Positions 56,447-64,000 of a stretch of 64,000 nt of DNA are shown piece by piece. This DNA is from an uncultured Phycisphaerales bacterium. GTDB taxonomy: Bacteria > Planctomycetota > Phycisphaerae > Tepidisphaerales > Tepidisphaeraceae. Both the position numbers and the translations under genes were made by a program. The stretch covers positions 544,001-608,000 of the forward strand of contig CAWJPJ010000007.1 of NCBI GenBank assembly GCA_963844715.1. Reading direction: 5' to 3'. The notes beneath the pieces are model-generated. The model saw only the letters and a list, made by a program, of their open reading frames with translations. It made no database searches and was not told the DNA's origin. Every line of letters begins with the position of its first letter. Positions within the stretch are counted from its first letter, which is position 1.

Positions 56447-58327
56447 ATGAGCCAGGACATTTTTCGTCTGGCAACACAACACCATCGATCGGGTAGTCTG
56501 TTAGAAGCGGAATCCCTTTACCGCGCTCTGCTCGTGCGTGAGCCGAATCACGCCGCGACCCTCAGCCAGTTAGGTTACTTGCTGTACCAGACCGGCCGAT
56601 TGGATGAGGCGTTGGAACTGCTCAATCGGGCCGTAGCGGCGGCTCCTCAGTCGCCCAGTGGTCTGAACAATTTGGGCCTTGTCCTTACGGCGTTGGGCCA
56701 TTCTGAAAAAGCGATAACCGTCTATCAAGAAGCTGAGCGTCTCTTTCCCCAATCTCCGGAAATTGCCTGCGGTCTTGGAATAGCCTTGGTAAAGGCCAAT
56801 TATCCGATTGAGGGGATCGCATCGCTCGAGCGCTCACTGGCGCTGCGCCAAACATCCCGGCGGCGCTGCTCAACCTGGGCACGGCTCTGCGCACGCTGCG
56901 TCGCTGGGATGAGTCGCTATCGGCTTACAAGCGAGCGATCGAGCTAGAACCGAATGACGCGAGCGCATTAAGTCATTTGGCCGTCGTGAATCTGGAAATC
57001 GGCCGTGTCGACGAAGCGATCTCGCTTAGTCGTCGCGCGCTTGCCGCGGATTCCGCCTGTATGGAGGCACACAGTAATTTGCTGCTCATGTTTCACTATC
57101 GGGACGAGGAAGACCCTCAGGCAATTATCGCCGAATCCTGCAACTGGAACCGAAAACACGCGCTTCCGTTGCGAGCCGAGCGCTCATTTCCGAATGACCG
57201 GGACCCGGATCGAAAGTTGCGCATCGGTTACGTCTCGCGCGATTTTCGCGTGCATTCCGTGGGTTTTTTCATTGAAAATCTGTTGGCGGGACACAACCGG
57301 GAGAACGTCGAAGCGTATTGCTACTCCGACGTTCAATATCCCGACTCGGCGACCGAGCGGCTGCGTGCGGCGTCACATTGCTGCGCGCAACGTGTTTGGT
57401 CTGTCCCATGTACGACTGGCCGAATTGATCCGCGCGGATCAAATCGACATGCTCGTGGATCTGCAAGGCCATTCGGCGGGCGGAAGCCGGCTCCCTGTAT
57501 TTGCAATAAAGCCCGCGCCGATTCAAATTACATATCTCGGCTATCCGGACAAGACGGGTCTTACAGCGATCGACTACCGATTCACGGATGCGATCGCCGA
57601 CCCACCCGAGTCGGATCGTCCATCCGACCCGGCGCCGTCGGGCGAACGCCTTGTCAGACTTCCCAATTCATTTCTGTGCTTTCGTCCGTATTCCGAAGCT
57701 CCGGACATCGGGGATCCTCCGGCGTGCTCGACGCATGTAATCACCTTTGGTTCCTTCAATCATCTTGCCAAGGTCAATACTACGACTCTTGAGTTGTCGG
57801 CGCAGATTCTTCATCGCGTGCCCGCAAGCCGCTTGATGCTGAAGACCCGAACGACATCGAGCCTGGCTGCGCGGGAATTCATCAACGAGCGGTTTGCTAA
57901 ATTCGGAATCGGCCCTGACCGCCTAAAACTGGACCCGTTCGTGGACTTAACAGCGGATCACCTCCGATCGTACAACCAAGTCGATATTGCGCTCGATGCC
58001 TTTCCATATAATGGGACCACAACGACTTGCGAGGCGCTCTGGATGGGCGTGCCGGTTGTCACCCTGGCGGGCCAAACGCATGTCTCCAGAGTCGGGGCAA
58101 GTCTTCTCACTAACGCGGGGTATCCTCAATGGATCGCGCGAACGCGTGAAAAGTATGTTGATCTGGCCGTTCATTTGGCTGCGGATTTGCCCGCGCTGGC
58201 CGAAATTCGCCTGGGATTGAGAGCGCGAATGAAATCATCGCCCCTGACCGACGGTCCGCAATTTGCGCGGAATGTTGAAGAGGCTTACAGCGGTATGTGG
58301 CGGGCGTGGACGGGCTCGAACATCTAA
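56447..58327 (+). CDS. TPR + GT41 (SPINDLY/OGT-family) protein, copy 1; frameshifted
   Basis: TPRs; RIGYVSRDFRVHSVG, PAPIQITYLGYP, FGSFNHLAK, DIALDAFPYNGTTTTCEALWMGVP. Confidence 0.92.
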
Positions 58328-58338
58328 GCGGTGAATGG

Positions 58339-60305
58339 TTAACTCTTCACCTGACAGAATGTGCGCCACATCTCCCGAAATGCGGATTCCACAGCGCCGG
58401 TGAATCGTGGGCCGTCCATGAGAGGAGAATGAGCCATTCGGTCGCGCAAGACCTGTCGCAGAACGGTCAGTCGCTTTAGATCCTGCGCGGTTGCGATCGC
58501 CAATCGAACGTATTCATCTTCATCTCGCGCGGCGAAATCCGGCAGGCCCAGATTACATAATTGCGTCCATGCCCCGCGGCTCAGCGGTCCTTGTCCAAAT
58601 CGCGTAATCACGGGAACCCCCATCCACAGCGCATCCAGACTTGTCGTGTGCCCGGCGTAGGGGTAGGTATCCAGCGCAATGTCTATTCTTCGATACGTCG
58701 CCAGATAATCCCGGCGGGATTGCCTGCCGACAAATTCGACCAACTCGGGTCCTGCACGGCCCTGCGAAGAACCTCACGTGTGCGTTCCCTGGCCGATCCC
58801 TCGGGCGCCATGAGGATCAGCCGCGATCCGGCAACGCCGCTCAAGATTCGCGCAAAGCCTGAGCGTCGCGTCATTCAATTTCGAAAAATTGTTCAGGCAT
58901 CCAAAGGTGATGTGTCCGGCGGCAAGAGCCGGCGACGGATCGGGTTCCGGTTCCGATGTGAGCGGGTCGTAGCACCAAAAACAGTCCGGCAGAAAGACGC
59001 GCCGTTCTGGCATCGAATAGCTCTTGGCTTCTTCCTCCAGATACCGGTCCGTGAGACGGTAATCCATCGTATCCAGGCCGTTGGAATCCGGATACCCAAG
59101 CCATGTAACCTGAACCGGCGCAGGCTTTTGCGCAAACACGAGCAATCGGTTATCGCCCGAGTGAAGTTTCAGATCGACGAGAATGTCAATTCGATCCTCG
59201 CGGATTTTTGCGCCAGTTCGTCATTGCCGAACGGACGCGTGTCCAGCCAGCTATCCGCATATTTCTGAAGCCGGCGGGTTACCCAGTCAATTCGATTCAT
59301 CTGTGCATAGCAGAAGATTTCAAATTGCTGGTGGTCGTGGTTGGCCAGGAGCGGATCGAGGAAAAAAGCCGACGCATGATCCCAGAAATCCGCCGAAACA
59401 TACCCCACGCGAAGCCGTCGCTGCGGATTTCGTTCATTGGCGTGCGGCACGATTCGACTTCGCAACGGCTTGCAGTGACGCTCGTTCCAGATTTTCAATT
59501 CGTTATAAATGACTTCGGGGTCGGGCTCGTGATAGTAGAGGCAATACACCAGATTGCTGTGAAAATCCGCCACATCGGGCCGGAGTTCCATGGCGCGTCG
59601 ATAGGCGGCGATCGCTTCCGGCAGCCGGCCCATGTCCTTGAGCGCACCGCCGAGATTGTTCCAGGTCGCCGCGTCATCCGGTCTGAGCTTCAGAGCGCTC
59701 TCGAACACCACCGCCGCGGGTTCCGGCTTGCTCACGAATAGAAAGGTGCAACCGAGATTGTTCCGTGAATTGAAATCATCCGGATTGAGGTCGACCGCCC
59801 TGGCAAACGCCGCCGCGGCATCCGCGGACCGCGTGGCTTTATTCAACGCCAGGCCCAGGTTGTAATACCCCGTCGAAATTTTCGGGCGCAATTGGACAAA
59901 CTTTTCGAAAGCGGCGACCGCTTCATCGATGCGATCCTGTTCCATCGGCGCATTGCCCAAATTCGCATAGGCGTCGGGAAGATCGGGGTTTAATTCGATT
60001 GCCTTGCGGCAGGCGGCTTCGCCTTCGGTCCATTCTTTGGCCTGCCAGAGCGCATTTCCCAGATTGCTGAGAAGCTCCGCCGAATCCGGACGAAGAGAGC
60101 ACGCCTTGCGGAATGCCTGAATTGCCTGCTTGGATTTGCCGGCATACTGAAGCGCAATCCCCAGGTGGCTCCACAGCGCCGGCGAATCCGGCCGCAACGC
60201 CACCGCCCGCCCAAAAGATTCACTCGCCAGCTCGAATTGACCCTGCTGGACATGGACAAGTCCGATCCGGGTCAGCTCGTTGGGATCTTGGAAATCTTCG
60301 CTCAT
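58339..60305 (-). CDS. TPR + GT41 protein, copy 2; frameshifted
   Basis: Starts MSEDFQDP; TPRs; RVGYVSADFWDH, PAPVQVTWLGYP, FGCLNNFSK, LDTYPYAGHTTSLDALWMG. Confidence 0.9.
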
Positions 60306-62259
60306 TGACGAGTCCGGGCGCAATGCGCGCCACATCGCTCGGTATGCCGACTCGATGTCGCGTGCATACAGGCTCGCATTCATCAGCGGCGAACGCAACA
60401 TCCGCCCGCGCAGGTCGCGGCGCAAATCGGTCAATCGCTGCCGATCGTTTGCCAATTCAACCGCGATTTCGACATACCGGTCCGTATCTTCGGCGATTAA
60501 TTCCTTCAGGCCAACATTTGAAAGTATACTTACGCCGCCGCGCCCGACGGCGGTGCGCCCTTTGAGCGTCACCACGGGGACTCCCAGCCATAGCGAATCC
60601 AGGCTGGTTGTATGCCCGTTGTACGGGAACGTATCCAGCCCGACGTCAATCGCCTCATACTCCTTCAAATAAAAACTGCGTCGCTGTGGGGGCACGAAGA
60701 AGATGCGAGCCGGTTCGACCCCGATCGCGTCGGTTACGCCGTCGCGGTGGCTGCCGGGGGGGCAGAGGAGCCGCAGGCGCGAATTCGGAATCGCTTTGAG
60801 TATTCGCCCCCAAAGCCGCAGGGTTTCCTCGCCGGCTTTGCAGAAATTGTTCAGACATCCAAAAGTGATAAAGCCGTTTCGAGATGCAGGCAATTCGCCT
60901 ACTTCCGGAGAATCATCGGGGGGATGGTATGGCCAATAGGTATGCGCTACTCGGATGGATATTTCGCTGTAATCCGATTCGTCGGCGCCAGGGGGATCGA
61001 GATACGAATCGGTCAGCCGATAATCCATCGTCTCCAATCCGGTGCTTCCGGGATACCCGAAAAACGTAGCCTGCACCGGCGCGGGCTTGCGCAAATACCA
61101 GGAGCCGATTGTTTCCCGCGTGGACGGCCAGGTCCACGAGAATGTCGATCCGGTCTTCGAAGATTCTTCCGGCGAGTTCTTCGTCTCCCAGGGCGCGCGC
61201 GTCGCACCAGCCGTCGCACTGGGATTGAAGCTGGCGCATAATCCGATCGGGCGTGACATCGGAGTAACAAAACATCTCAAAATTGCCACGATCATGCTCG
61301 GCCACGAGGGAAGCCACCATGCGGCCGGTCGGCTGATCGCATAGATCAGGCGAAACATACCCGATCCTGAGCCGCCGATCCGGTGAAGCATCGGTATCGC
61401 GACGAAACCCCGATTTCAGCGGCCTGGCGTGCCGCTGATTCCACAGGCGCAACTCATCGCCGATTACTTTAGGGTCGGTCTCGCAGTATTGAAGAAAAAA
61501 GATCAGCCCACTATGAACTTGCGAATTTTGCGGGGCCAATTGGACGGCCCGGCGAAGCGTTTCCACCGCCTGGCGGAGTCGCCCCGTGTCCTTGAGGCCG
61601 GTGGCGAGATTGATGAGCAAATCCACGCGGCTCGGGTCGGCCGCGGCGGCACGTTCGAACGTCCGAAGTGACTCGTCCGTCTCACCGGACGACCTGAGCG
61701 CATATCCCAGATTGGTCAACGCCTCGACAAAATTGGGCCGCAATTCCACCGCTTTTTTGAACGCCGTTGCCGCCTCTGAGGCGCGATTCGAATAGAGCAG
61801 GGCGTTTCCCAGATTGTAATATCCGTCGGGGACTTGCGGGCGAAGTTGTACCGAGCGCTGAAATTCCTCTATTGCCGCATCGCCCCAACCCTGATCCAAT
61901 AATATGTTTCCCAAATTGCCGTGCGCATCGGGCAATTGGGGATTCAGGGCGATCGCCTTTCGGCACGCCTCCTCGGCTTCGTCCAATCGCTTGGCATTTC
62001 GCAGCGCATTCCCCAGATTGGACCAGAGTTCCGCGGAGCCGGGACGCAAGGCGCAGGCTTTGCGGAACGCTTCGAGAGCCTGTTCGGATTTTCCGCTTTG
62101 TTCCAGCGCGATTCCCAAGTGGCTCCACAGCGCCGGCGACTGTGGCCGCGCCGACAGCCCTTCCCGAAAACATTCGATGGCCACGTTGAATCGCCCGGCG
62201 TGAAGATGCAAAAGTCCCGTGCGCGTCAGGGCGTCGGGATCGTGGGAATTCTGGGTCAT
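60302..62259 (-). CDS. TPR + GT41 protein, copy 3; frameshifted
   Basis: Starts MTQNSHDP; TPRs; RIGYVSPDLCDQP, PAPVQATFFGYP, FGCLNNFCK, LDTFPYNGHTTSLDSLWLG. Confidence 0.9.
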
Positions 62260-64000
62260 TGTCGAGTCCGCACCCAATTCTGCCACATCGTTTCATATGC
62301 CGATTCAATGTCCGCCGCAAACTGACGCGTATTCATCAGCGGTGATCGAATCATTCGTTGTCGAAGATTTCGCCGGAGGTCCGTCAGCCGCGAAAGATCG
62401 CGCGCGAACTCGACCGCAATGCGAACATAATCCGCCGGGGTCTGTGCGATCAGTTCGGGGATTCCAAGATTCGACAAAATGCTCGTCCCCCCGCGTCCGA
62501 CCCCTGTTTTTCCGAGCAAAGTGACGACCGGGATTCCCATCCAGATGGCGTCGCACGTGGTCATTCCGCCACCGTAGGGAAATGGATCCAGCGCGACGTC
62601 GATCTGCCGATATTTGGCAAAATAGTCTCCCGTCGAATCCGTGAAAGTCATTCTTTCCGGATCGAGTCCGGCGTCGCGCATTCGCAATCTGGCGCGGTCG
62701 CGATGCAGGCCTGGTTCGCAAAAGAGGAACAGTTTCGAACTCGGAACTTGCCGCAGCATCTCAAACCAGGTGGTCCACACCGGCGGAGAAATCTTGCAGA
62801 AATTATTCAGGCAGCCGAAAGTGACAAACCCCGTTTTCGACGCCGGCGGCTCTTCCGCCGGCGCCGCAGCGGTCGTCGGCACATAACACCAAAAAGTGTG
62901 CGCCAATCGGAGGGTCTTCTCGGTATATCCCGTTTCGTCGCCGCCGGGCGGGTCCATATACGGATCGCTCAGGCGGTAATCCATCGTCTCCAGCCCGCTG
63001 CTTCCGCAATACGCGAGATAGGTGACCTGGACCGGCGCCGGCTTTTGCGCGAAGGCGAGCAGCCGGTTTCCCCCCGTGTGCATTGCCAGATCGACGAGGA
63101 TATCGATGCGATCGCGCCTGATTTGCTCGGCCAAGGCCGCGTCGCTCATGCCGCGAACATCGCGCCAGCCGTCCGCCAGATTTTGCATCTGGCGGGTCGC
63201 CTGATCCGACGCCACCGTTGCCGAGTAGCAAAAAATCTCGAATCGCGTCTTGTCGTGTCCCGCCAAAATCGGCAGCACGACACGGCCCACCGGATGCCCG
63301 TGAAAATCAGGCGATACATACCCGATTTTCAGGCGCCGTTGCGGCGATGGATCGTTGTCATGCGGACGGATCAGCGCTTTGAGAGGCCGAGCATGCCGCT
63401 GGTTCCAAACCTGCAATTCATCGGCGATCACTTTTGGGTCGTCCGTAACGTATTGCAGCGTGAAAATCAGATTTCCATGGATCCCGGCGTCCTGAGGATC
63501 GAGTTGGATTGCGCGGCGCAGCGCGTCGATCGCCCCCTCAAGGTCGCCGACGTCTTTAAGAGCATTGGCGAGATTGTTGTGAAGCGACGCCCGCCCAGGT
63601 TCAGCGGCGATGGCGCTGCGAAACGCGGCCAGCGATTCGTCGGCTTTCCCCAAATTTTTGAGCATGAACCCGAGGCCGGTGAGAGCTTCGACGAAGTTCG
63701 GCTGCAATTCCACCGCGCGCCGGTACGCCGCCGCCGCGTCGGCCGGGCATTGGCGTGGGTGAGCGCATGACCCAGGTTGTAATGACCCACCGCGTAATCC
63801 GGATGCAATTGGATCGTCTTGTTAAACGACTCCACCGCCTCGTCGATCCGGCCCTGATCCAGCAGAATGTTCCCCAAATTTCCATGGGCGTCGGGAAGGG
63901 CGGGATTCAGTTCAATGGCGCGCCGGCAGGCAGCTTCGGCTTCGGTCAACTGCCGGGATTGCCAAAGGGCGTTACCGAGATTGCTGAGCAATTCCGCCGC
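62256..64000 (-). CDS. TPR + GT41 protein, copy 4; 5' end outside the window; frameshifted
   Basis: TPRs; KIGYVSPDFHGHPVG, PAPVQVTYLAY, FGCLNNFCK, LDPFPYGGGMTTCDAIWMG. Confidence 0.92.

Noticed and set aside
59169..61391. 740 aa ORF suggesting a GT41-TPR-GT41 fusion
   Set aside because: At the junction another frame reads RTRQ-TGA overlapping the next ATG (60302-60305), the same as the copy 4/copy 3 junction. A one-base error best explains the apparent fusion.

Overview
64 kb of GC-rich bacterial chromosome, most likely a planctomycete of the Phycisphaerae/Tepidisphaeraceae type. This is inferred from a LEPR-XLL S53 protease, an ECF sigma factor with a long C-terminal extension, PEP-CTERM proteins, ATQP-type motifs and expanded GT41 paralogues. 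About 25 CDSs, including atpD and hflX, are split by single-base frameshifts, which points to uncorrected long-read indel errors rather than pseudogenes. Content in order: porin fragment, S53 protease, tRNA-Gly, isolated nuoAB, a ~30 kb surface-glycan region (many GT4/GT2, GT2-WcaF and sulfotransferase-GT4 fusions, exostosin-like GT, Wzy-like polymerase, FkbM, Wzt without Wzm, lpxA, lpxC/fabZ), hicBA, housekeeping genes (aminotransferase, PPIase, acpS, hflX, accD, lone atpD, trpG/pabA), and four TPR-GT41 (SPINDLY/OGT) genes. The most notable item is a cobalamin riboswitch controlling one ORF (48359-49921) that reads as a polyprotein: signal peptide, domain 1, PEP-CTERM, second signal peptide, domain 2, second PEP-CTERM. 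All calls come from reading motifs by eye; no database searches were run.
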